Part shown: in pieces, positions 30,458-40,683 of the stretch | Numbering within the stretch: position 1 is the stretch's first letter | How the letters are laid out: the number at the start of each line of letters is the position of its first letter | Source of the DNA: a virus | Lineage: Duplodnaviria > Caudoviricetes | Length of the DNA stretch: 64,000 nucleotides | Virus record (IMG/VR): IMGVR_UViG_3300023170_004399 | Location: 96,001-160,000 of that record | Direction: 5' to 3' (one strand) | Program-made: the position numbers and the translations under genes | The notes under the pieces: generated by a model | Database searches by the model: none | Told to the model about the DNA's origin: nothing | The model's input: only the letters and a program-made list of their open reading frames with translations

Positions 30458-33400
30458 ATGGGATATAAAAAAATATATGAAGCTAATACTAGCAGTAATG
30501 AAAAAAACAGTAATATATTAACATCACTTTCTCAAACAGTTGAAAATGTTAGTACCAATATTGTAGCTACATTTAGTGATAGTCAATTAATAGATTTTGG
30601 GCTATATGCAGATAGACCAGTTATATTATCTACATGTTTTGTCAGTAGTGAAATAGCTAATAAGCAAATATTTGATAATGAAATATATGAAAAGCGACAG
30701 ATTAATTTTTTAGAAAAATATAACATGCTAGCTGATCATTTAGCTGTTTTAGGTGAAGAAGAGGTAAGCACTTTAACGGAAAATTTCGAAAACTATGAAT
30801 TAGAAGTTGATAAGATTATAAGATTAAAAAAACAAATATATTTTGCAATTAGCAAATTTTATAAAACAGTAGATAGTTTAATTAACACAAGTCAGAGAAA
30901 CAATGACAATTTTTTAGATAATACTAAAAAGATAGCTACCATGGTAAATACCATATACGCACAAAGCACTGCTTTAAATTCGGCTATATATGATAATACT
31001 AGTTTTGAAGAAATAGATCTTGAAGAGGGTTTCGATGTATCACTTAAAAACTCGAGTTTATCTAATTTTTTAGAACCGGTTTTTGATTCAACAAAAGTAA
31101 GAATATTTGATAAAAAGGGTAGTAACGTTGGTTTTAAAACAATCGGGAGCACTTTTTTTGTTAAGCGTACAGTCAAGAATTACTTAGAAGGTAATAAGTC
31201 AGATATAGCTGTTTTAAATGAGTATATATCATTTGCAGAAAATGATGTAAATAATTTTAAAAATGATATAAAACAAAGGCTTGAATATAACGAAGTGCTA
31301 TTATTTTCACAATTTATAAATTATTTTAGGACTGCTAGTAAGTCTGAGCCAGCATTTGGAGATTATGTTGCTTACTTAGAAAAAATGGGTAACACTGAAA
31401 TAGGGGGAAACATAACGGATTTAGTTGCTGATGCATTCAACGAATGCAATATGTTTTGCCCAAATAGCGTAGGTGCTTTATTTAACAAAGCAGTTATTTA
31501 TTATGGCGGCGGTGACATTGTTACACTTGTAGACCCGCTCGAAAATGATGTAGTCACTCTCAATACGTATATAGGACGTCTGAGTACTAAATTAAACAAA
31601 TATGACATTCTTGCTTTGCAGTCACTAGTAAAAACATTTAAAGAAAATATTAAGCGTATGCTTAACTTGCCTAATGATGCGTTTGTAACACTACATTTGC
31701 CAGGTGAAAACGGCATTGATGATGCAGGGATATGTGTCTTAAACAAAAAGGCAATACTTGTTGCTGCACAAAAGTCTTCATCCTTCGACAAGACTGCATC
31801 CTATCCTATCGCTGAGTTAATTATTAGCAATGAAATTGCCCCTAGTGTGGTAAAATATCCTTTGTCTGATTTTTCTGCAGAAGATAAACTTTATATTCTT
31901 TCTATGAGTTTTTTGCTAACATATAATTATATGGGGATGATCTCGGAAAGTTTGCCTAGCTCACCGTTTGATACAAAAGCGATGTATTTAAACACGACAA
32001 TATATAACTTGATGACTAATATCCCCGGGTATGATTTTAAAATAAAAAATATAACGAATGTTTCAGAACTTAACTTGTCGGGTATTAGTAACTTAGATTC
32101 ATCAAATGAAGGAAAATCAAGTGGACCAATACCACAATTTAAAGAGATAACCAGACCCTATAAAAATGCTTATTTTGACACACAAATGCGGTTACTGTTT
32201 CACAAAACAGCTCGAGCTAATGGGTTTAATAATTACTTATTTAATCAAATTTTAAAATTTAATCATGATTACATTGTGTCAAAGGTCCCGGGCACCCCTG
32301 TTTCTTTGATTGATCTTGCTAATATAGTATTTCCGATAGGTAGTGAAATAATTAATGTCGAAAGCGCTGAACCGGCAGTACTTAGAAGATTAGCGGATCT
32401 TCTTCAATACGCCCAGGTAACCGGTAACAGAATGCGTATTGCTGATGCATCATTTCAATATGAAATGTTTTCTAAATTTAAAAATTACAATTCCGATAAT
32501 TTAGATTTTAAGAATTATATCGATAAAAATATAGAAAGCGACCTAGGTTCATTTGAAAAAATTAAAAAAGAAACATATTTAGAAATTAATTTTGAAGACA
32601 CAGATTTAAAAATTCCTGCGCCGGTATATGAAACAATACAAGCTATAGTCACAGACACTGACACTATACCGCCCACAATAATTTTGCAAGATATTCAAAA
32701 CAAAACATCTCCGACTAGTCTAGATAGAAACAATTATTTTTACGCTGGCGTGTTAGACGACTATTCTAGATCAGCATATTACAACTCTCAAGAAAATCTG
32801 AAACCAGTTATATATTGTAACTATTTTACAGAAAAAGCAGAGTTTCAATATAACATTGTATCATTAAAAGCACTATGCAGAAGAAACAAAATCAATAGTA
32901 CAAGATTCAAAGTCTTATACGATTTAATAAACACAGTTAAGAGTTTTAGAGATGCTTTAGATTCTATTGTAAAATCAGATTTAATAGAAGAGATAAGAGG
33001 GTCTGGAGAAAAAACTGGTATAGTTGACATTGCAAATTTTGATTATATAAGTGCTGAACAGATTAGATTGAATATTCTGAACAAGTTTTACAATAGACCA
33101 TTACCGCAACTAAATTATTTTCTACAAGGGGACTTTCCTGATTTTCCTTATATTCAGAATTTAGATAAAAAGGAAAAATTGAAAGATTATTTTAGTGACG
33201 CATTAATATGTGTTGTAGGTATACCATATTCAATAGCTCGGGAAAAAGAAGTTATAACCTTAAATTTTGTCATCACAGATTTTAACAAAAATGAAGTTTA
33301 TTCGAATAAGTTCAAATTTGATTTGACGCAATTTTCTATCTCTCCCAACACGACTATTTCTTTTAATGGTTTAGAAGCTTCGGTGTTAGTTGGGGATAGA

Positions 33401-33805
33401 AACCCAAAAAATATTGAATCTAGATTAATTAAAGAGTTTTTACTAAGCAGTACTGGTATCGATTTTAATGAGCGTAATTATGTCAACAAAAATCTGAAAA
33501 AAGGTGTTAAATGTGTCAAAGATTACACACCAAATGATGTTGACATTAAAATTTACAAAGATCAAAGGTATATTCCAAATTACACAGTGGATGGAGAAAT
33601 AGATTTGAATAATTTTGTTTTATCAAACAATCAACTAATAAACCCATCTAAGTTTATTGATAACACAACTTCAGGCTTTGTTTTTGACAGAATATTTGCA
33701 TGCAAGCTAGATATTAGTGACAAAGATATCAAATACAACAATATAGCCATATCAGTTTTACTAGAAGATTATGTAGAAAGTGATTATGTTAAAATAAAAA
33801 ATTAG
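30458..33805 (+). CDS. Hypothetical protein (1115 aa)
   Basis: Long ORF with AAGGA RBS; Asn/Ile/Phe-rich; no family recognised. Confidence 0.7.
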   Translation: MGYKKIYEANTSSNEKNSNILTSLSQTVENVSTNIVATFSDSQLIDFGLYADRPVILSTCFVSSEIANKQIFDNEIYEKRQINFLEKYNMLADHLAVLGEEEVSTLTENFENYELEVDKIIRLKKQIYFAISKFYKTVDSLINTSQRNNDNFLDNTKKIATMVNTIYAQSTALNSAIYDNTSFEEIDLEEGFDVSLKNSSLSNFLEPVFDSTKVRIFDKKGSNVGFKTIGSTFFVKRTVKNYLEGNKSDIAVLNEYISFAENDVNNFKNDIKQRLEYNEVLLFSQFINYFRTASKSEPAFGDYVAYLEKMGNTEIGGNITDLVADAFNECNMFCPNSVGALFNKAVIYYGGGDIVTLVDPLENDVVTLNTYIGRLSTKLNKYDILALQSLVKTFKENIKRMLNLPNDAFVTLHLPGENGIDDAGICVLNKKAILVAAQKSSSFDKTASYPIAELIISNEIAPSVVKYPLSDFSAEDKLYILSMSFLLTYNYMGMISESLPSSPFDTKAMYLNTTIYNLMTNIPGYDFKIKNITNVSELNLSGISNLDSSNEGKSSGPIPQFKEITRPYKNAYFDTQMRLLFHKTARANGFNNYLFNQILKFNHDYIVSKVPGTPVSLIDLANIVFPIGSEIINVESAEPAVLRRLADLLQYAQVTGNRMRIADASFQYEMFSKFKNYNSDNLDFKNYIDKNIESDLGSFEKIKKETYLEINFEDTDLKIPAPVYETIQAIVTDTDTIPPTIILQDIQNKTSPTSLDRNNYFYAGVLDDYSRSAYYNSQENLKPVIYCNYFTEKAEFQYNIVSLKALCRRNKINSTRFKVLYDLINTVKSFRDALDSIVKSDLIEEIRGSGEKTGIVDIANFDYISAEQIRLNILNKFYNRPLPQLNYFLQGDFPDFPYIQNLDKKEKLKDYFSDALICVVGIPYSIAREKEVITLNFVITDFNKNEVYSNKFKFDLTQFSISPNTTISFNGLEASVLVGDRNPKNIESRLIKEFLLSSTGIDFNERNYVNKNLKKGVKCVKDYTPNDVDIKIYKDQRYIPNYTVDGEIDLNNFVLSNNQLINPSKFIDNTTSGFVFDRIFACKLDISDKDIKYNNIAISVLLEDYVESDYVKIKN

Positions 33806-33812
33806 GTAAAAA

Positions 33813-35546
33813 ATGAGTATAAAGAAAGTAAATGTAGGAGAGCCAATAAGTGGTGCTATTACTGAAATATCTAACAATGTATTAAGCATCGATCTAGATC
33901 AGTCAGATGTAACAGTTCGTGATCACGAAGTAAAATTTGTCTATGTTACTTATGATAAAAATGAATATGTAGACTATGCTGAAAATATGCAAAAAAAATA
34001 TCGTTACACAAATCTAGTACTAGATAGACCGGTAGTTATAAGTCGTGGAACATCGGCATACGAAGTTTTTACTGACAATTTTTTAAATAACAATGCGAAT
34101 AAACAATTTTTTGAATATATTCTAGATCATATTGATCAAAAAAGTATTTTTAGAAACACAGACACAAATTCAAACAGATATAGTTTAGTTGATTTTGCTA
34201 ATAACGTTATACCACCAATACAAAATATAAATCAGGTTACCGGTGAAATTATAAATATAGAGTCACAAAACATCGATGAATTTTCTGTCGTAAATAATGT
34301 AGCTGCTGACTTTATAGGCCAAATGACACAAAACGCTGCAAACAATATATTTTCCAATTTTAATGAAAGCTCTTCTGTTGGCGTACAAGAAGCCTTCGAA
34401 ATACAGGCACAAGCTAATGCGACTGCTAATTCAAATGTAAATCAAAACAATACTATAAGTTTAAGATTTACTACGTTACCGGTGGGTAATGTATCTGTGG
34501 CAAGGTTAAAAAATCTAGCTGCAAATCCATTAGTAATTGGCTACAATATATATAAATATGAAACAAAAACCGGGAAAAACGATAGTTTAATTGATGTAAC
34601 CTTTGTTAGTAATTTATACAGATTAAACGATGTAAAAACTAAAAAGGGGAATGTTTCATTTTCTGAGGTGTATAGTCTTTTTCAAAGAAGAAAATATACG
34701 TATAAAGACTATGATATATTAATGGGTAAAAAATATACGTATGAAATATTTCCAGTTTTTGTATATAGTATATTTAACGAAAATGCTGAAACGCTTAAGT
34801 TTACTGTTATAGAATCACGTTACTTTAAAAGATTTTCTGTGACTACAGATGATGTAATTAAACCTAACCCTCCTCACGTAAAAGTGCAAAGAACGGTAGG
34901 GCAAAATTTAAAAATAAGCTGGGTACCAAACCAGCAATCAAATGTTACAATAAACAACGTTAGACAAAGTGTTAATGATACGAAAGGGTACTTAATATTT
35001 AAAAGAAATACAATAAATGATGCCTTTGAATTAATAAAAGCTTTTGACTTTAGTGATAGCGTTGGATACAAAAACCCTATAAACAATATTTTAAAAGACG
35101 TGCCACAAAACTTGAAAAGTTTTGGCACTAGACATGTAACTAGTTTTAATTACAACATAAATGATGATGAAGATTATATATTTACAGTTTGTTCATATGA
35201 TGCTCGAGGCAACATATCTAATTTATCCAATCAAATCTTTTCTAGAATAAATAGCGCAACTAACATATTTGTTAAGGAAACTGTTTGCCAGTCAGGTGCA
35301 CAATTGCAACAACCAAATTTGTATATAAACAACGTGCCCAATCGATTAGACAATAAAATATTTTTATCAGATTCATTAAATGCTAGCAAATATAAAAATA
35401 TAAAGATATATCACTGTCCAGAAAACAACACAATAACAAAAAAAGTTAATAAAGACAGTGCTAACCCAAATTATAAAGTACAATTAATTGATATATTTAC
35501 CCAACAACAAAAAATAGTAGATTTGTATTTAGAAGAAGAAGTTTAA
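33813..35546 (+). CDS. Structural protein with fibronectin type III-like domain(s)
   Basis: PNPPHVKV..LKISWVPN..GYLIFKR..YIFTVCSYDARGNISNLS is an FN3 pattern; IGYNIYKY..YKDYDILMGKKYTYEIFPV may be a second copy. Confidence 0.55.
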   Translation: MSIKKVNVGEPISGAITEISNNVLSIDLDQSDVTVRDHEVKFVYVTYDKNEYVDYAENMQKKYRYTNLVLDRPVVISRGTSAYEVFTDNFLNNNANKQFFEYILDHIDQKSIFRNTDTNSNRYSLVDFANNVIPPIQNINQVTGEIINIESQNIDEFSVVNNVAADFIGQMTQNAANNIFSNFNESSSVGVQEAFEIQAQANATANSNVNQNNTISLRFTTLPVGNVSVARLKNLAANPLVIGYNIYKYETKTGKNDSLIDVTFVSNLYRLNDVKTKKGNVSFSEVYSLFQRRKYTYKDYDILMGKKYTYEIFPVFVYSIFNENAETLKFTVIESRYFKRFSVTTDDVIKPNPPHVKVQRTVGQNLKISWVPNQQSNVTINNVRQSVNDTKGYLIFKRNTINDAFELIKAFDFSDSVGYKNPINNILKDVPQNLKSFGTRHVTSFNYNINDDEDYIFTVCSYDARGNISNLSNQIFSRINSATNIFVKETVCQSGAQLQQPNLYINNVPNRLDNKIFLSDSLNASKYKNIKIYHCPENNTITKKVNKDSANPNYKVQLIDIFTQQQKIVDLYLEEEV

Positions 35547-35586
35547 ACAATAATGCTTTGTCGACGATTATTATTTTTACTTTTGC

Positions 35587-35593
35587 ATATTTA
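35587..35593 (+). promoter_or_regulatory. Candidate late promoter variant ATATTTA
   Basis: 41 nt before ATG 35628, in an 80-nt intergenic gap. Confidence 0.35.
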
Positions 35594-35627
35594 TAGATAA
35601 ATTAAGTTAATTTAGGAGTGTATACGT

Positions 35628-36341
35628 ATGGGATTGTTAGATCATAGTACAAACAACATTTTAATTGATGCTGTATTAACAGATGCCGGCCGAAAGGCAA
35701 TAGCAGATGGTAATTTTAGCATTCAACAGTATGCTTTTTTTGATGATGAAATTGATTATACTATCATTAAAAAATACGGAAAAACAATAGGTCGTGAAAA
35801 AATAGAAAAAAATACGCCTATTTTTGAAGCTAGCACTAGTGCAAACACTGGCTTAAAACATCAATTACTAACATTAGAAAGTAGTGAGTTTAATCAAAAT
35901 ACTCAAATAGCTCAAACGCCTCAGGATTTTTTCTTTTTAGAGGCATCATTTGCAAATCAGAACAATAAAATCAGTGTAATAGGTGTAGCACCTCAAGCAA
36001 TATCACTTACTATTGACTTGAAAAAGAAGGCTGGCACAATATTGGAAAACATTGATGGAAAATTTAGACTAGAGTATGATGGCAGATTTTTACGGGCTGA
36101 GGGAAGCAGCGAAGAAACTATTAACAACAGTTTTAAAAAAGCGGCTGAATATGATGGTGATCAAAGCTTTTCGCCAACAGTAAATACGGCTGATACAGTA
36201 ACGGTACAATTAAACAGATCAGAAATATATGCTCAATATAGTGCTGCATATTCTGCTAATAGTGAAATAAGTGTACCAGTAAAAATAATAGAAACAAACA
36301 CAAATATTAGCATAACAAAAGTAGTTAAAGTAGAAGTTTAG
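35628..36341 (+). CDS. Baseplate/fibre-attachment protein (tail-collar-like N-half)
   Basis: AVLTDAGRKAIADGNFSIQQYAFFDD resembles the start of DUF3751-type tail-collar domains; AGGAG RBS. Confidence 0.55.
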   Translation: MGLLDHSTNNILIDAVLTDAGRKAIADGNFSIQQYAFFDDEIDYTIIKKYGKTIGREKIEKNTPIFEASTSANTGLKHQLLTLESSEFNQNTQIAQTPQDFFFLEASFANQNNKISVIGVAPQAISLTIDLKKKAGTILENIDGKFRLEYDGRFLRAEGSSEETINNSFKKAAEYDGDQSFSPTVNTADTVTVQLNRSEIYAQYSAAYSANSEISVPVKIIETNTNISITKVVKVEV

Positions 36342-36351
36342 GGAGTAAACA

Positions 36352-37689
36352 ATGGCAATTAAATTTGGTAATTTTGAAGATGGTGGATTGGGAAACCAAA
36401 CTTCTACTAGAACAAAGCTTAATCAACTTATTGATGTAATTCAAGAAGATATTAGCGGCAGTGTTACAAGAAAAAAATATCAGGTATTTGTAACTGGTGG
36501 CATTGGCCCCGGAGTTACTTCATCGTTATTTCAAACCGTGTTTGATCAAGATTTTAGTTTGCAAACAGCAAATCCTATTATGGATATGACAATGGGAATG
36601 TTTTTCAATAAAACAGCCTTTGATGCCGGTGAAGCCAGTGGGGGAAATGCACCAGCAATGGATATTTGCACTAGTGTAAATAGTAACAACCGGCCCTTGT
36701 ATCCGAGTTCAAGCTTGATGATGCGTGAAAAAATTGACATTTATAGACAACACGCAAAAGTGCTCTTGGGTGACTCCGAAGCAGGGTTTTATTTAGGTGA
36801 TAACTTCCCGGCTAATAATCTAAATACTACCTTTGCAGCTTCATCCATTAATGCAAATTCCAACTTAATAGGAACAGCTTTGTTTTTAGATATTAAAAGA
36901 TTGTTTGCGCGGGATGCAATTAGAAAAGAAACATTTGCAATGCGTATATACAGAAGTGCTAGTCTTAGTTCTAATGATAGTGGTGCTGTACCAAATGTTG
37001 GCATCAAAGGCGAATGCACTTCTTCTATTTTAGGAAATAGAATTGTTGCTGATATATCTGCTACATCTAATTTACGATTAAGCAATGCCGGAGATTGCGC
37101 ACAACTTAAGTTTGCTGACAATACAACAGAAAATGCTGGATTAATATTTTATGATGCTGGTGTGGCTGTTTTAGATATGAAGAAAATTTTTGACCCTGAT
37201 CAACACATTCTTGGGGTTATAGATGGCATGAATAATACTTCCTATACTGGTGCTAGCGCTGGAGCAGTAACTGCCGGGGAAATTTCTATAGGTGAAGCTG
37301 ATGGCGGTGGAAATGCCAGTGCAACATTTATACCTGATTTTGTTTGCTCAGCTTCTATCGACAATGTCATTGATCATATTTCAACTGGACGTTTTCAATC
37401 TGGGTCCTTAACAGCGACTGCTTTTCAAAATCAGACAAATATTGAAAGTACAATATATTTTTGTAATGCACAGGCAGACCAATTTAATTTTAGTAGTAAC
37501 CCTACTTTTATTACATCTGATGGGTCTATTAATACAATCGAAGAAACTGGTGATTCAGCATTTGTTTATATTACTGGGGTTGGGTTGTATAATGACTCGG
37601 AAGAATTATTAGCTGTTGCGAAAATGTCTAGACCTTTAGAGAAGGATAATCAAACACAGCTTACAATTAAAGTACGTTTAGATTTTTAG
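36352..37689 (+). CDS. Baseplate/fibre-attachment protein (tail-collar-like C-half)
   Basis: Ends FVYITGVGLYNDSEELLAVAKMSRPLEKDNQTQLTIKVRLDF; GGGAG RBS. Confidence 0.55.
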   Translation: MAIKFGNFEDGGLGNQTSTRTKLNQLIDVIQEDISGSVTRKKYQVFVTGGIGPGVTSSLFQTVFDQDFSLQTANPIMDMTMGMFFNKTAFDAGEASGGNAPAMDICTSVNSNNRPLYPSSSLMMREKIDIYRQHAKVLLGDSEAGFYLGDNFPANNLNTTFAASSINANSNLIGTALFLDIKRLFARDAIRKETFAMRIYRSASLSSNDSGAVPNVGIKGECTSSILGNRIVADISATSNLRLSNAGDCAQLKFADNTTENAGLIFYDAGVAVLDMKKIFDPDQHILGVIDGMNNTSYTGASAGAVTAGEISIGEADGGGNASATFIPDFVCSASIDNVIDHISTGRFQSGSLTATAFQNQTNIESTIYFCNAQADQFNFSSNPTFITSDGSINTIEETGDSAFVYITGVGLYNDSEELLAVAKMSRPLEKDNQTQLTIKVRLDF

Positions 37690-37691
37690 AA

Positions 37692-40118
37692 ATGGCATTT
37701 ATAAAGTTTAGCAAATCTTATGAAACAACTTATAACACAGTACTGAACGGATTTAGAAGTTTTACTTCATCTAGTGTAAGTGGTGTTACTGGTTCTGTAT
37801 TTGTATTTGTTAATAGAAGTGATACACAGAAAGATTCAATAGATTTGCGTGAAGGACTTGGCGGAGTTGGACCTAATGGTGAAGCATTGGTGCAACCTTT
37901 TCACGTTAATACTTTTGAGCGTCGTAGACAGGAAATATACCAAGGCAATGTTGGCATAGGAAAAACTGGTGCAACTAATCATGAAACAGCTCTTGCTTTG
38001 TTGTTAGATGGTGCTAGTGCATATGAAAGTCAAGCAAACTGGCCACCAGAAATTTCCCCTAATAGTCAGCTGAATTTAAACTTTGCGCATAAAGGATATT
38101 CAGATTTTGGTATGCATCCTAGAAATGCAACTAAAAAAGATATTCGAATACTGTCACCTGGCAACTCTCTTTTCTCTTCTGCCAGTATGATTTACAAAAA
38201 CATGTACGATAGTGGCAATAATATATCAGCTTTAAATTATTTAAATGAATATATTGATAACGCTCATGTATTAAATTTAAAGCAAAAAACAACTGAAAAG
38301 CATGGCATATTTTATTATAATTCAAATAATGCTTATAACTTAGATTCTGATGGTATTACTATATCATTTTGGATAAAGCCATCTAAGTTTTGTACGGGGT
38401 CTGAAGGTATATTGCACCATTTGGATCAATATGCTGTCTCAATACACCCAGTTACATATGACGAAAATGGATACAGTGATAAGCTTGAAATAGTTACTCA
38501 GTTAGGAAACAGTATTAGCAATCCAGAAAATGTGTCTTTGGGAACTCATGGATATAGAAGCAGCGGGTACTTAACAGCTGGGGAATGGACAAATTATTTG
38601 TTTAAATGGTCACCTAATTATAATAGTGGGGAGCCGGTAATTCAATTAGACTATAACAAACAAGCAAATAATTTTACGCCTTTAGCAAGTGTTACGACCA
38701 GTACAAGTAATGCAATATTATTAGGTGGTTTTTTTACTGGTAGTACAGCTGATCAAGATAAAATATTTGGTGCAAATGGCGTTACACAGGGTGTTGAATT
38801 TACTAGTGAAACAGTCGATGGATTTGACATATCACCGCTTATTTCGCATTGTTTAAATGCTGAAATGCATGAAATAAAGATTGAAACTGGTGCAAAAACA
38901 AATGAATATATTGCTGACAGATACACATCATATACTGGGTCAATGGACAATTTTAAGTTTTATTTGCCGCTTTTGTTTAATTCTAATGGCCCACAAGTTT
39001 ATTCTAATGTGTTAAAAAACAACCAAAGTAATATTGCTGCTTCTAATAATTTGACTGATTTTTGGAATATTGACACAACTTGGGAAGTTAGATCAGGTTC
39101 GTATATTAACAATATAAATCATGCGCACATTGGTGGTTTTGCTAATGTTAATATTGCTAATTTTCTAAAAGAATATAAAACAAAAAATTATCCTTTCTTG
39201 CATTTGCTTTCCGAATCTGAAGCTCGCACATTATATAAAAATTGTCACAGTTTTACCGGTAGTTACTTTCAAGATAATCTGTTACGTAATAAAAGAAATC
39301 TAACAATATTACCCAGTGATAATTATGATTTTACATTTAATGCGACTCCGTTTTTAAACGGCAACGTTCAATCAGGTTCATATTATAATAATGATGTTAA
39401 TAAAATAAAAACACTAGATGTAGCTGTTGTTGATGATAAAAATTCTTTGTACATGATTGCTGATGAAGTGTATGCTGATGTTGTCAAGTTATTTTCAGCT
39501 GAAAACAGTGGTGCTACGAAAGCACAAGAAGTTATAGCTAGACCAGAATTTTTTAGCGGCTGGTTTAACGTTGCAAATAAGTTTGATAAATCAAATAATA
39601 CGTACATCATGATTACCATACCACAAATATTTTATGGTGAAAGAATTAAGCCAGGCAGTGTTATTATAAGAGGCAAACCTTATGATGATGAATATAGTAT
39701 CACTTTAGTGGATGATACAAGTGGAGCTTTTTACAGATCAGATTCTACTACTCCTGCAAAAAGACATCAAATTGGCAAAATAGATTATTCTACAGGAATA
39801 ATTGTAATTACTAATCCTACTCTGTATAATATATTTGATTATGAGTTTTATATTGAGTTTAGAGGTGAAAACCAAGTATTTGTAAAAGAATATAACCTAC
39901 CCGTGCAAAGAGGCTTGTTCACTAGCTCATCTAACCCTAATTACCAATCTTTAAAGCCAAGTGATTATGTACATGAAGAAGATAATAGTTTTGTATACAT
40001 AACTCGAGTTAATTTGCATGACAGCAATCTAAACGTAATAGCTAAAGCAACTTTAGCACAACCAATAATAAAACAGCCGAATGACAAATATTTAATAAGA
40101 TTAAGATTGGATTTTTAA
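37692..40118 (+). CDS. Structural protein with a LamG domain, C-terminus paralogous to 36352..37689
   Basis: GITISFWIKPS..GEWTNYLFKW..LNAEMHEIKI (LamG); ends FVYITRVNLHDSNLNVIAKATLAQPIIKQPNDKYLIRLRLDF. Confidence 0.6.
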   Translation: MAFIKFSKSYETTYNTVLNGFRSFTSSSVSGVTGSVFVFVNRSDTQKDSIDLREGLGGVGPNGEALVQPFHVNTFERRRQEIYQGNVGIGKTGATNHETALALLLDGASAYESQANWPPEISPNSQLNLNFAHKGYSDFGMHPRNATKKDIRILSPGNSLFSSASMIYKNMYDSGNNISALNYLNEYIDNAHVLNLKQKTTEKHGIFYYNSNNAYNLDSDGITISFWIKPSKFCTGSEGILHHLDQYAVSIHPVTYDENGYSDKLEIVTQLGNSISNPENVSLGTHGYRSSGYLTAGEWTNYLFKWSPNYNSGEPVIQLDYNKQANNFTPLASVTTSTSNAILLGGFFTGSTADQDKIFGANGVTQGVEFTSETVDGFDISPLISHCLNAEMHEIKIETGAKTNEYIADRYTSYTGSMDNFKFYLPLLFNSNGPQVYSNVLKNNQSNIAASNNLTDFWNIDTTWEVRSGSYINNINHAHIGGFANVNIANFLKEYKTKNYPFLHLLSESEARTLYKNCHSFTGSYFQDNLLRNKRNLTILPSDNYDFTFNATPFLNGNVQSGSYYNNDVNKIKTLDVAVVDDKNSLYMIADEVYADVVKLFSAENSGATKAQEVIARPEFFSGWFNVANKFDKSNNTYIMITIPQIFYGERIKPGSVIIRGKPYDDEYSITLVDDTSGAFYRSDSTTPAKRHQIGKIDYSTGIIVITNPTLYNIFDYEFYIEFRGENQVFVKEYNLPVQRGLFTSSSNPNYQSLKPSDYVHEEDNSFVYITRVNLHDSNLNVIAKATLAQPIIKQPNDKYLIRLRLDF

Positions 40119-40663
40119 TGATTTTAGGTTTAGATGTAAGTACTTCTTGTATAGGCTATTGTCTTAAAGAAGGCGAAGATATAAAAGCAATGCATTATAT
40201 CAAATTCTCTTCAAAAAAAACTTTAATGGAAAAAGCAAAGATTTTTGAAGAGTGGTTAACAATACTGTTAAGTAAAAACGACGTTGAAGAAATATATGTC
40301 GAAGAACCTTTTTTAGGTTTTGGGAAAGGTATGTCTTCAGCAAAAACCATAACAACCCTTTATAGCTTTAATGGAATAATACAGTTTATATGTTACAAAG
40401 CTACCCAAAAAGAGGTGCATTTAATTAACGTCAATAGAGCTAGAAAGTCCTTGGGAATAAAAACTGTTACCGTAAAAAAATGTGGCATTCCTATCAAAGA
40501 ACAAGTTTTTAACTGGGTGAATAATAAACTACTGTATCCTTGGCCTAAAAAAGTTTTGAAAAGTGGGCCTAGAAAAGGCACAGAAATTATAGTGGCGGAA
40601 GCAAGAGACATGTCGGATGCTTGGGTAATTGCTAGTGCTGGCCAAATACTTATACAAAATTAA
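40118..40663 (+). CDS. ruvC: RuvC-like Holliday junction resolvase
   Basis: ILGLDVSTSCIGY, IYVEEPF, DMSDAWVIA: RNase H-fold D-E-D/D catalytic set. Confidence 0.75.
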   Translation: MILGLDVSTSCIGYCLKEGEDIKAMHYIKFSSKKTLMEKAKIFEEWLTILLSKNDVEEIYVEEPFLGFGKGMSSAKTITTLYSFNGIIQFICYKATQKEVHLINVNRARKSLGIKTVTVKKCGIPIKEQVFNWVNNKLLYPWPKKVLKSGPRKGTEIIVAEARDMSDAWVIASAGQILIQN

Positions 40664-40683
40664 TTTTTTGTTATAGTATATTC

